A stretch of 64,000 nt of DNA, from the IMG/VR virus record IMGVR_UViG_3300045988_157568; one strand, given 5' to 3'. Under the pieces are notes generated by a model. That model was not told where the DNA came from. It worked only from the letters and a program-made list of their open reading frames with translations, and ran no database searches. Within the stretch, counting starts at the first letter, position 1. Each line of letters starts with the position of its first letter. Origin of the DNA: a virus. The position numbers were made by a program, and so were the translations under genes. This document shows positions 8,278 through 16,545 of this stretch, piece after piece.

Positions 8278-8734
8278 ATTCTAAGAAGTCAGACCATTTA
8301 AGAACCGCCAACTTGTCACCTGACAAAGCCCACTCAACAATCATAGGTTGATTATGTATCATAAACTGCTTCTTATCAACATACAGACTTTCAAGTTGTT
8401 GATATATTTTCTTAGATAGCTTACTTTCAGCCAAATCATAATAAGCTACAACCGCCATTTTATCCTTACCATTGCATAAATCAACAGACATTACAGGTAA
8501 GCGGAAATTCTCTTTAAGAGCTTCTTTACTTATCTTTGTCCACGTTTTTAGTGTCAAAGGGTAAGCTGGCTTTTCTGTTACCTTACACTCTACGAGGAAC
8601 AGGTCACTTTTAACGTCCCCTTTTGCCCCCCATAAAGCCCCTGACGCTGGTGTAACCTTACCGCCAAGTTCATTTGCTACTCTTTTTTCTTGTATTTGAC
8701 TCTTTTTTCTTACGTCCATTAATTTCGCTCCCAT
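8246..8734 (-). CDS. PD-(D/E)XK-type nuclease, possible Holliday-junction resolvase
   Basis: GAKGDVKSDLFLVECKVTEK gives a D...ExK arrangement preceded by the E..VA..LGG motif common in small phage resolvase-like nucleases. The likely true start is MDVRKK at 8719. Confidence 0.45.
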   Translation of the reverse strand: MGAKLMDVRKKSQIQEKRVANELGGKVTPASGALWGAKGDVKSDLFLVECKVTEKPAYPLTLKTWTKISKEALKENFRLPVMSVDLCNGKDKMAVVAYYDLAESKLSKKIYQQLESLYVDKKQFMIHNQPMIVEWALSGDKLAVLKWSDFLECVEEINNEQR

Positions 8735-8969
8735 TCTTAAAAGATAATATATCTCTGTTTTTCGCTCCTTTTATCACTTCCCAGTAAAGGCAATAGGAAG
8801 TGGTATCAGTGTGTATCATATCATATTCAAGCACATTTGGGTTTTGACAAAGTTCTTCTTCATCACCCACCGCCTGATAAAAGTGTTCACAATTTAAGCA
8901 AGACATAACATAACTGTTGCCTTTGGCTTTATTCTTAAAATCCTTAAAACCACGCCCTGTTATCTTCAT
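8670..8969 (-). CDS. hypothetical Cys-containing protein
   Basis: 99-aa ORF with CLNCEH...C. Its start overlaps the recA stop (ATGA). Confidence 0.45.
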   Translation of the reverse strand: MKITGRGFKDFKNKAKGNSYVMSCLNCEHFYQAVGDEEELCQNPNVLEYDMIHTDTTSYCLYWEVIKGAKNRDILSFKNGSEINGRKKKESNTRKKSSK

Positions 8970-11104
8970 CTGCTAATCACTCTTTCCATTACTTCTGTCT
9001 TTAACTTCTCAAAGAGGTTTTCATCTTCTGATAGAGCCTTTACAAGTGCTGGAATACCTTGATACTTATTATCCGCATAATAGAACCAAGCACCTTTTCT
9101 CTCAATTATACCCCACTCAACACCGAGCATAATGATTGACTTATTATTGTCATTGTAGTTAGGTGTAACTCCTGCTTCGTTCTCTGAATAGTAGAAGTCA
9201 AAACTACCTTCTTGATTACGGCGGTAAGTCTTGTTCTTTTCTATTTTGAATTTAACAACTTGTCCGATAATCTCTTTGTTTGTGCCTGTACCCTGCACAA
9301 TCCAGTCACCACGTCTAAATCTTATAGCCACTGACTGAACAAAGCCGTTAGCCCTTCCTCCGGGGGTATTATGTACAACAACACCATTTATAGTACCACC
9401 TGCAAGGAAATTATGATAACCGTCAACCTTTATATCATATCTATGTCTTTTCTTTAACTGTTTCTTTGAAGCAAGTCTAACACTTATAACTCGTGAATAT
9501 TCCTTCTGCCACTGTGGGTTATTATGTAATTCAAAATCTATATAATAGCCTTTGTACTTATCAGGTAGCTTGTACTGCATACATTCAGGTATATAAGTCT
9601 TTATCTGCTCAAAAATCAACGCTGATGACGAGCTGTTTATGCGTATCAAACCGTCTTTCCTAAAATTTGCAACAATACCTAACTGTCCCAAAGCGTCACA
9701 TATTCTTTGCAATCTGTCAGGGTACTTAGCAAAACGCTTAACACTTATAAGCATTGCAGAGCTATCTGTGTCTAAACAACCGTCGTCCATATACCATACA
9801 GCCATTCCCAAATAGCTAAAGTGTCTTGATATAAAATAGTAAGGGTCACGTTGTGGTAGTGACTTCTTTATCTTCATTAACTGAACAGACGGTTTTGAGT
9901 GCCAAATACTTTTGCCTTCTGTCTTTTTAAAAGGCATTAAAGCATTTAGCTTATTCACTTTCCATTCAGCATATTCAGGGTTTACACTATCTTGCAATCT
10001 CAATAATGCAGTATTTGAGTTTTTATGTGTACTATATAAGGTACTATCACCCGACAAAGTACCATATAGAAAGTCACCTAAAGTGCCGTTTATGTAATTT
10101 TGATATTTTGTTACCAACTTATCTGCCATTGTTATATCCTGTGCTGGTTTCCAACCAGTATCAGTTAAAACTTTATGGTCGTATGTAACTGTTATACCAA
10201 ATCTGCCATTCCTACTGCCGATACCTTTTGACTCAATGTGATAATATTCATCATCTGTATCTATCACACCATTGTCACGCCAGTCAACAATATCTTTGGC
10301 TTCAAATTCACCTGTTTTCTCATTCAAAGCCCAAACTTGCCCTTGTATTTTATTTTCCACAATTTCACCAATAGGTAGACATCTGCCGTCAACCAAAGGT
10401 ATTTTCGTGTCATAATGTAAACAGTATTCGGGATTTCCATAGCTACCTATTTTCTCTCTTAGCTGATTTACACATATAAGAGTAAAAGGCTCATTACCTT
10501 CTCTAACTAACTTGTTATTAAAAGCCTGATACTTACGGAAAAATTCGCCAAGCAGTTTAGGTACTAAGCCCATTTGTACTGACTCCTCCATTTTACTATC
10601 CTGCTCTTTTGTCGGAGATAGTGCAGCAATAGAGTCAATAACGGCTAATTGTACAAGACCACTACTTTCCATATCTATTACTATCTGTGTAGCTTCTTCT
10701 AAGCCAACTGGACGGCTATATAAAAGCTCGTCCGTATCTACACCACAAGCTCTTAAATATTCTTCCGTTGTAGTTGCTTCAACATCAATAAATGCACACT
10801 TATAACCCATTTTTTGAGCGTTTCTTACAATGTGAGCACATTGCGTTGATTTAGTAGTAGATAAGCCACCTGAAATTTCAGTATATCTACCGACTGGTAT
10901 ACCACCACCTAAAGCTACATCTAAAGCCACACTGCCTGTGGGTATTCTTTTTATTACTTCATTATCACCTGACGGAACACCTAAAGTGACTGCATTGTCA
11001 CCAAACTTTTTATTAATACTGTCTAACAGTCTTTGCATTTCTGCACTGTTAGACTTCTTTGACGTTTCTTTCTTTGGTGTTTCCTTCTTTTGCTTTAGTG
11101 CCAT
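8966..11104 (-). CDS. recA: RecA/UvsX-like recombinase interrupted by an intein
   Basis: The exteins align along RecA: KFGDNAV..G, IPTGSVALDVALGGGIPVGR, a P-loop GGLSTTKS, AFIDVE, AVIDSIAAL, VNQLREKIGSYGNPEY | TPGGRANGF. The probable start is MALKQKK at 11104, where TAATG overlaps the upstream stop. Confidence 0.85.
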   Translation of the reverse strand: MALKQKKETPKKETSKKSNSAEMQRLLDSINKKFGDNAVTLGVPSGDNEVIKRIPTGSVALDVALGGGIPVGRYTEISGGLSTTKSTQCAHIVRNAQKMGYKCAFIDVEATTTEEYLRACGVDTDELLYSRPVGLEEATQIVIDMESSGLVQLAVIDSIAALSPTKEQDSKMEESVQMGLVPKLLGEFFRKYQAFNNKLVREGNEPFTLICVNQLREKIGSYGNPEYCLHYDTKIPLVDGRCLPIGEIVENKIQGQVWALNEKTGEFEAKDIVDWRDNGVIDTDDEYYHIESKGIGSRNGRFGITVTYDHKVLTDTGWKPAQDITMADKLVTKYQNYINGTLGDFLYGTLSGDSTLYSTHKNSNTALLRLQDSVNPEYAEWKVNKLNALMPFKKTEGKSIWHSKPSVQLMKIKKSLPQRDPYYFISRHFSYLGMAVWYMDDGCLDTDSSAMLISVKRFAKYPDRLQRICDALGQLGIVANFRKDGLIRINSSSSALIFEQIKTYIPECMQYKLPDKYKGYYIDFELHNNPQWQKEYSRVISVRLASKKQLKKRHRYDIKVDGYHNFLAGGTINGVVVHNTPGGRANGFVQSVAIRFRRGDWIVQGTGTNKEIIGQVVKFKIEKNKTYRRNQEGSFDFYYSENEAGVTPNYNDNNKSIIMLGVEWGIIERKGAWFYYADNKYQGIPALVKALSEDENLFEKLKTEVMERVISR
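9368..10423 (-). mobile_element. intein (352 aa) with LAGLIDADG homing-endonuclease domain in recA
   Basis: Starts with Cys (CLHYDTKIPLVDG) directly after GNPEY and ends VVVHN, followed by Thr. Internal motifs LYGTLSGDS and LGMAVWYMDDGC are LAGLIDADG-like. Confidence 0.8.
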
Positions 11105-11283
11105 TATTCCAAACACTCCCCTTCATACAAATCTCTTATTTCATAATCGCCGTCACTCTCAAGCTGATTTATAAGAGCAGTTATGATATAATCAGTGACA
11201 GAAACATCTGCGTCCACTGCCACCTTACCAACACGCTTATAAATACTTTCGGGTATTTGACAATTTAGTCTGTGTAGTTTCAC
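11104..11283 (-). CDS. ribbon-helix-helix (Arc/CopG-like) DNA-binding protein, 59 aa
   Basis: GTG at 11283, 7 nt after AAAGGAG. The product is VKLHRLNCQIPESIYKRVGKVAVDADVSVTDYIITALINQLE..., matching a beta-strand, helix, helix pattern. It is below the ORF-track cutoff. Confidence 0.55.
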   Translation of the reverse strand: MKLHRLNCQIPESIYKRVGKVAVDADVSVTDYIITALINQLESDGDYEIRDLYEGECLE

Positions 11284-11314
11284 AATATTCGCTCCTTTCT
11301 GCTTTGTAATTACT

Positions 11315-11343
11315 ATTTTACACTATGTTTTCCCTTGTGTCAA
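11315..11343 (-). promoter_or_regulatory. sigma-70-type promoter TTGACA-17-TAAAAT
   Basis: Minus strand: TTGACA (11343-11338), a 17-nt spacer, TAAAAT (11320-11315), upstream of the RHH/recA operon. Confidence 0.6.
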
Positions 11344-11351
11344 GAGAAATT

Positions 11352-11365
11352 TGTGCATATGCACA
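11352..11365. promoter_or_regulatory. perfect 14-bp palindrome TGTGCATATGCACA (operator-like)
   Basis: The sequence is self-complementary and lies 8 bp upstream of the -35 of the RHH gene promoter. Related sites are at 61513-61526 and 61563-61577. Confidence 0.45.
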
Positions 11366-11403
11366 TTTTCATTAAAATACACAAAATTTGCAAATAAAAA
11401 TTA

Positions 11404-12105
11404 TTACTTTTTCTTTAGATTAAATGTATACTCTTTACTGCGTTTCAGCCGATTTTCAAGAGTATTCTTTTGGAATGGTTTTATCCAAACCCTTTTACCA
11501 CTCTTATACGTCCTATAATGACCTTTAACACCAAATGAATAGGTACACTTATTATAATGCCTTTTAACCTGCTTTTTGCCTGTCTTAACGTCACTTACGA
11601 ATTTATTAAGTCTTATTATCTGCGTTTGTATAAGTTTAGACTGGGACTTAGACTTGCCTTTCTTCTTTTTCTTCTTAACTTCCTTTTCAACATACTCTAC
11701 TAATTCAGGCTCAAAATTCGCCATAAAGTAGGTTACATATGTTACATAGTAAATCATACAAAAACCCAACTTTTCTTCAATGTCACTTAAAGGACGGTCA
11801 CACGATATGCCCCAAGAAAAACTCACCATTCCATTGTCAGTTATACTGTCTATCTTATGAAATGAACAATCAGGTAACTTTGTAGATGACTCTTTGCATT
11901 TAAAATTGCTTAAATGTACCACGCCGTCATCTGTGAATTTCATATCAAAAGTCGCCCAAGTGCTATTGCCATATAACCCTGCAAACTCACATTCCATTGT
12001 AAACTCTCTTAATACTACTGGCAATTCATTTATTTTGACATTGTTTTTGTATAGCCAATTAGCTATAAACTCGTATGAGTCTACACTACATAGTATCTTG
12101 TCCAT
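11404..12105 (-). CDS. hypothetical protein with basic C-terminal third
   Basis: 233-aa ORF containing a KKKKKKGKSKSQSK linker and a Lys/Arg-rich tail. Confidence 0.5.
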   Translation of the reverse strand: MDKILCSVDSYEFIANWLYKNNVKINELPVVLREFTMECEFAGLYGNSTWATFDMKFTDDGVVHLSNFKCKESSTKLPDCSFHKIDSITDNGMVSFSWGISCDRPLSDIEEKLGFCMIYYVTYVTYFMANFEPELVEYVEKEVKKKKKKGKSKSQSKLIQTQIIRLNKFVSDVKTGKKQVKRHYNKCTYSFGVKGHYRTYKSGKRVWIKPFQKNTLENRLKRSKEYTFNLKKK

Positions 12106-12140
12106 TTCTTTCTATCCCTTTCTACCGCTAATTTAGGTAT

Positions 12141-12169
12141 ATTATACATCATATTTAAACATAGTGCAA
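12141..12169 (-). promoter_or_regulatory. sigma-70-type promoter TTGCAC-17-TATAAT
   Basis: Minus strand: TTGCAC (12169-12164), a 17-nt spacer, TATAAT (12146-12141). Confidence 0.5.
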
Positions 12170-12171
12170 AT

Positions 12172-12206
12172 AAAGGATATTCCTCGTTTCGTGAGGAATA
12201 TCCTTT
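12172..12206 (-). terminator. 14-bp GC-containing hairpin after polA
   Basis: AAAGGATATTCCTC / GAGGAATATCCTTT arms with a 7-nt loop, 5 nt after the polA stop. The U-tract on the minus strand is only weak (AUUUG). Confidence 0.5.
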
Positions 12207-12210
12207 TGGA

Positions 12211-15200
12211 CTACTTTGCTTCTTGATAACTGTCACCGCTATCCCACGCTGTTAGCATAGGGAGGTTTAACTCTACATTATCACCGAATGGGTGTTCCAT
12301 ATAAGCCTTTGCTTTAGCTATACAGTCATCAACATACTTTTCGGGGCACTCAAACACAACTTCGTCGTGAATTTGCAAAATCATATCTGCACCAACACTC
12401 TTAAACCAAGGGTCAGCATTTATACGATTTTGTGCCGACATTGTAATATCCGCTGCACTACCTTGAATACAGCTGTTTACCGACAATCTTTCACAATATG
12501 CTTTAGCCTTAAAATCGTGACTGTTTATATCAGGTAGTCTACGTTTTCTTCTTAGCAATGTTTGTACATAACCATTCTTATGTGCAAATCGTTTCTGTTT
12601 CTGCATAAAAGTTGTAATACCGCTGTACGCTTCAAAGTATTTGTCAATGTATGCCTGTGCCACTTCTTCACCAGTCTTAACGTGGTACTTTTCAAGGTAC
12701 TCTTTACCACTTAAATCAATCGGGCTGTATGGGTCATCTTTCAAGTTATTATACAAGGTGTATGCTCCACCGCCGTACATCAACAAGAAATTAATTACTT
12801 TCGCTGCTTGTCTTAGGTGAGGGTACTTCTTTTTCACATCTTCAATAGGACAATCCAATTCAAACATATTGACCGCCGTTGACGAGTGAGTATCAGAACC
12901 GCTTAAAAACATATTCATAAGGTTTGTGTCTTTACTATTTGATACAAGTATATTATTTGCAAAATAATTGTGATTAACAGGTACTTCTAAGTCATATCCC
13001 GATTGTGTCAAAGATTTTGAGAATAGTCTATCCCCTTCTTTAACCTGCTCTATGGATATTATCTTTACTTCTGTTACATCTTTATGTTCGACATTCCACT
13101 GATATGTTTCCAAACTATTTTGCAAGAATTTTGGGAATTTGTAAGCCATACACTTTGGTGTATAAGGTGCTATTGCATTAAGAAAGTTTAAAGCATTATC
13201 ACCACTACAAGATATGCCACCCTTAATTCTATTGAATTTTAAGTTGTATTCATTAAATTTATCACTTAGCACTTTAAAGGCTTCATCAGATAAATTCTCT
13301 CTTGCTATGGTTACATAATAACCTTTTGTATCTGAACATCTATTGTCGTGACCTAAACAACCGTCATCTAAATACCATATAGCTAAGGACTTTAAATTAA
13401 GACTACTAAGTAATTCAGCATTTATCTGCTTATGTTTTTTACCGTCCGAATTAGTAAAGTATCTCTTTAGCTTGCGTATAAATGGGTTTGCTCCTATAAT
13501 TGCCTTGTGCATTTTACCTTCTTCTTGTATAGTCCCAGTTACAAAATCTTTTAATAACCTATACTTCCACATCAAATAATCGTATTGTTTTTGAGAATGA
13601 TAGAATGTTAAGTTATCACTTCTTTTTACAAAATTACTATCACCTAAAGACATTCCTATTACAAGGTCTTTTAGGTCATTTTCTATGCAAGGTGCATTAA
13701 AGTAAATGGTATCACCAACTTTTAAATCACGAGCTAACTTTTTACCTTCCGTAGTAAATATGCTATGATTATGGGTTACAATAAGTCTGCTATCATCACC
13801 GTCATTTGTTATCCTTAACCAATCCTTAAACTCTCCCCTGTATTGTGGTTTATCATATAATGCTGATTTACCATTTTTCCAAAAATCTGAAACAGGCATA
13901 TTTTGTATCTTACCTGTTTCAAAATTATACGACTTAACATATACAGGCTCACACTTTTGTACTAAAGTGCCTATTTCTGTTGAACCGCCGTCAGCTAAAG
14001 CTATTGGCATATTTCTTTGAATACAATAATGTGTTAGCACTCGCATTTCAAGGTTGTTATAGTCACCTGCTATTATCTTCTTTCTCTTTACTGTACAACC
14101 CTTTTCAACTGCACCGCCTGTATAATCTCTTACCCAGTCACCATTTTTATCCGCAACATATTCACTGCCGATAAACAAGCTACGAATTTGATACTTGTCA
14201 TCATCTTCCGCTTTAGGTAGCTGTTGTAGGTTTGGAGAAGAACAATTATGAACGCATATCTCATTAGCAATGAAATTATGGTAGTCCCTCACTTCCAAGT
14301 CATAAACGTGCTTAACTCCAACTGGCACTATTTTTATGATTTTATAGTTAGGACTTTCTGCTTCTGACAGTACCTTATGTGGTACTCTTAACTGCTCTGT
14401 TTTAACTTTACCCTCTGCTGCTAATTTCTTTCCGTGATACCTTGCGTGTTCTGCTTTAGTCATTAGCATTAGATTAGATATTCTGTTATCTTGCTTATCA
14501 CCATTCTTATGGTGTATGTGAATATCAGAATTATCACATTTAAAGAAGTCTCTTTTAATTATAAGTTGTTCTTGCTCCATATATTTATTTGCACCATATA
14601 TATGAGGTCTGTTATCTACAATAGAACGTCTTAAATGAAATACCTTACGGCTATCTGTATCTTTAAGTAAATCTATGGCACTACACCAACCATTATGCGT
14701 TAGTATTTTATGTTCAGGTGTACATATCAAGCTACCTGTGTTATGTGTTCCGTCACTTTTCCAAGTGGCCTCCACACACTCTCTGTAACCGTTATCATAT
14801 ACATTAGTTACTTCTGATATTCGCACTCTACCATTATCATCATAGCAATATACTAAATCACCTGCAACTATATCCTTTATAGGTTTTCTACCACCTACAC
14901 AAGTAATTAAAGTGTTTTCTTCAATACACGAGATACGTCCACTATCTGTACCGAGTATGTTAAATGAAGGGTGTGCCTTTCCGTCACTATAAAGCTGTTC
15001 GCTCAACCCTTCCATAAAAGCACTGCTTAACTTTTCCAACTTCTTATATGCAAGAAGTTTTCTACATAGCTCCACACCCTCCTGCTTTCTCTTGACCTTG
15101 AATGTTTGCTTACAAAGTTTTAGCAAGACTGCTGTGTTTGCTTGTGGTGCTCCTGAAGGTGTCTTGCTTATAACCTTGAAATTAAAGCTAAGGTGCTTTA

Positions 15201-16206
15201 GTCGGCTGTGCTCCTGTTCTGATACTGCCTTATCATAAGTCTGCATTAGCTTTTGACGTTTCTTGTCATCACTTGACTTCCACACATTTGTTTCCGTAGG
15301 GTGTGTTATAGGTTTTTGATAACCGAATAATAACTCTTGTATTTGAGCATTACTGTTGACATTAAACTCACAACCTGCAAGCTCATAAATATCATAAAGC
15401 AAATCCTCCTTATCTGCCTTAACGTCAACTTTCATCTGCTCAAGTCGCTCTGTGTCCACTTGTGTACCGTGTTCTTCCATTACAAACAAAGTTCTCAAAA
15501 ATCTCTTATAAGTCTTATTAAAGATTTTATCCATACCTTCCTTAGCCATTTCGTCCATAGTACCTAAATACAAGCACCAAGTGTAAAAAGCGTCCGCTAA
15601 AGCATATGGAGCACCTTCATCAATAAGTACCATATTAAAGGTTGCTTTTTGTGAGGCCTTTAGTCCAAAACTCTTTTTAACTTCTTTCGGCACATTATTT
15701 ATGACTTCTGCAAAGTGTTCTTGCTTGATACCTAACTTCAACATTGAGTTTTCTTTCAAGCCCTTTGGTATATTCTCATTACACAACCAACAAGCTATCA
15801 TTGTATCATATAAGTCTTTAGTTTTTATATCTATGCCTAAACGAGCCATAACGTGCATATCAAACTTTAGGTTATGCCCAATTATTCTGACATCTTCACG
15901 TTCAAAAACAGGTCGGAGATACTGTCTTAAAACCTTTAGAGGTATATTTCTCTCCCAATCTTCTTCTCTCTCGTGACATAGTGGTATGTAATAATTATTG
16001 TAGAAACCCCAAGATATTGAGATACCTACACCCTTAAAATCTTTGTTATAACCATAAACTCTCAAAGTATTTGTTTCCGTATCGAACGCAAATTCGTCAA
16101 GTTTACTCATTTTTTGAGCAAGTGTTTTCAACTTACCTGCCGTATCTATTATATCATATCGCTCCATTACTGGACTTTTGTAATACTCCTCGTACACTAC
16201 TTTCAC
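12211..16206 (-). CDS. polA: family A DNA polymerase (Pol I-like, 3'-5' exonuclease plus polymerase) carrying two inteins
   Basis: Exo motifs FDTETN and NLKFD. Polymerase motifs TDSGRIS|CSSPNLQQLP, DYNNLEMRVLTHY|SKDTNLM, RQAAKVINFLLMYGGG and QIHDEVVFE. The start could be the GTG at 16197 rather than 16206. Confidence 0.9.
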   Translation of the reverse strand: MKVVYEEYYKSPVMERYDIIDTAGKLKTLAQKMSKLDEFAFDTETNTLRVYGYNKDFKGVGISISWGFYNNYYIPLCHEREEDWERNIPLKVLRQYLRPVFEREDVRIIGHNLKFDMHVMARLGIDIKTKDLYDTMIACWLCNENIPKGLKENSMLKLGIKQEHFAEVINNVPKEVKKSFGLKASQKATFNMVLIDEGAPYALADAFYTWCLYLGTMDEMAKEGMDKIFNKTYKRFLRTLFVMEEHGTQVDTERLEQMKVDVKADKEDLLYDIYELAGCEFNVNSNAQIQELLFGYQKPITHPTETNVWKSSDDKKRQKLMQTYDKAVSEQEHSRLKHLSFNFKVISKTPSGAPQANTAVLLKLCKQTFKVKRKQEGVELCRKLLAYKKLEKLSSAFMEGLSEQLYSDGKAHPSFNILGTDSGRISCIEENTLITCVGGRKPIKDIVAGDLVYCYDDNGRVRISEVTNVYDNGYRECVEATWKSDGTHNTGSLICTPEHKILTHNGWCSAIDLLKDTDSRKVFHLRRSIVDNRPHIYGANKYMEQEQLIIKRDFFKCDNSDIHIHHKNGDKQDNRISNLMLMTKAEHARYHGKKLAAEGKVKTEQLRVPHKVLSEAESPNYKIIKIVPVGVKHVYDLEVRDYHNFIANEICVHNCSSPNLQQLPKAEDDDKYQIRSLFIGSEYVADKNGDWVRDYTGGAVEKGCTVKRKKIIAGDYNNLEMRVLTHYCIQRNMPIALADGGSTEIGTLVQKCEPVYVKSYNFETGKIQNMPVSDFWKNGKSALYDKPQYRGEFKDWLRITNDGDDSRLIVTHNHSIFTTEGKKLARDLKVGDTIYFNAPCIENDLKDLVIGMSLGDSNFVKRSDNLTFYHSQKQYDYLMWKYRLLKDFVTGTIQEEGKMHKAIIGANPFIRKLKRYFTNSDGKKHKQINAELLSSLNLKSLAIWYLDDGCLGHDNRCSDTKGYYVTIARENLSDEAFKVLSDKFNEYNLKFNRIKGGISCSGDNALNFLNAIAPYTPKCMAYKFPKFLQNSLETYQWNVEHKDVTEVKIISIEQVKEGDRLFSKSLTQSGYDLEVPVNHNYFANNILVSNSKDTNLMNMFLSGSDTHSSTAVNMFELDCPIEDVKKKYPHLRQAAKVINFLLMYGGGAYTLYNNLKDDPYSPIDLSGKEYLEKYHVKTGEEVAQAYIDKYFEAYSGITTFMQKQKRFAHKNGYVQTLLRRKRRLPDINSHDFKAKAYCERLSVNSCIQGSAADITMSAQNRINADPWFKSVGADMILQIHDEVVFECPEKYVDDCIAKAKAYMEHPFGDNVELNLPMLTAWDSGDSYQEAK
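12937..14025 (-). mobile_element. polA intein 2 (363 aa) with LAGLIDADG endonuclease
   Basis: Begins CIQRNMPIALADG right after motif A (DYNNLEMRVLTHY) and ends ILVSN, followed by Ser. Internal motifs are VIGMSLGDSNF and LAIWYLDDGC. Confidence 0.8.
14245..14928 (-). mobile_element. polA intein 1 (228 aa) with HNH endonuclease
   Basis: Begins CIEENTLITCVGG after GRIS and ends ICVHN, followed by Cys. The internal HNH motif is HIHHKNGDKQDNRISNLMLMTKAEHARYH. Confidence 0.85.
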
Positions 16207-16213
16207 TCCTTAT

Positions 16214-16255
16214 ATAAAAAAATAAGTGCTATCTCAAAAGAGAGTAGCACTTATT
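16214..16255 (-). terminator. rho-independent terminator
   Basis: An 11-bp stem, AATAAGTGCTA / TAGCACTTATT, is followed on the minus strand by UUUUU. It lies just downstream of the HU-like gene. Confidence 0.7.
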
Positions 16256-16260
16256 ACAGA

Positions 16261-16542
16261 TTAAGAATTTATACGTTTCTTTAGTCCTTTACCTATCTTA
16301 AAACGGAGATAGTTTTGTTTAGGAACATTTCTACGTCCACCCTTTTTATCAGGCATAGTAAAAGCGTCCCTACTATACTTCGTTAAGGTAAAATGATTAA
16401 TTATTTGTAATACCCCACCTGTAATAACACTACTCTCAATAGCGTCTATTACTGCATAAATAGTCTTTTTGGCTTCTTCAACAGATACGTCATTTTTCTT
16501 TGCGTACTGTTTTGCTAAATCTTGAATACCAAAGACTGCCAC
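16261..16542 (-). CDS. HU/IHF-like DNA-binding protein (divergent)
   Basis: 93 aa. The N-terminal helices (DLAKQYAKKNDVSVEEAKKTIYAVIDAIE), the GG turn, and the beta-arm with R..P and a FK.GK.LK tail follow the HU layout. Confidence 0.55.
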   Translation of the reverse strand: MAVFGIQDLAKQYAKKNDVSVEEAKKTIYAVIDAIESSVITGGVLQIINHFTLTKYSRDAFTMPDKKGGRRNVPKQNYLRFKIGKGLKKRINS

Positions 16543-16545
16543 ACG

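Noticed and set aside
10840-10870. Degenerate Walker A (GGLSTTKS) in RecA, considered as evidence of an inactive recombinase
   Set aside because: T4 UvsX-type recombinases naturally lack the second Gly of GxxxxGK(S/T). The Lys-Ser pair, the catalytic Glu (FIDVE) and the remaining RecA motifs are intact. Coordinates are approximate.
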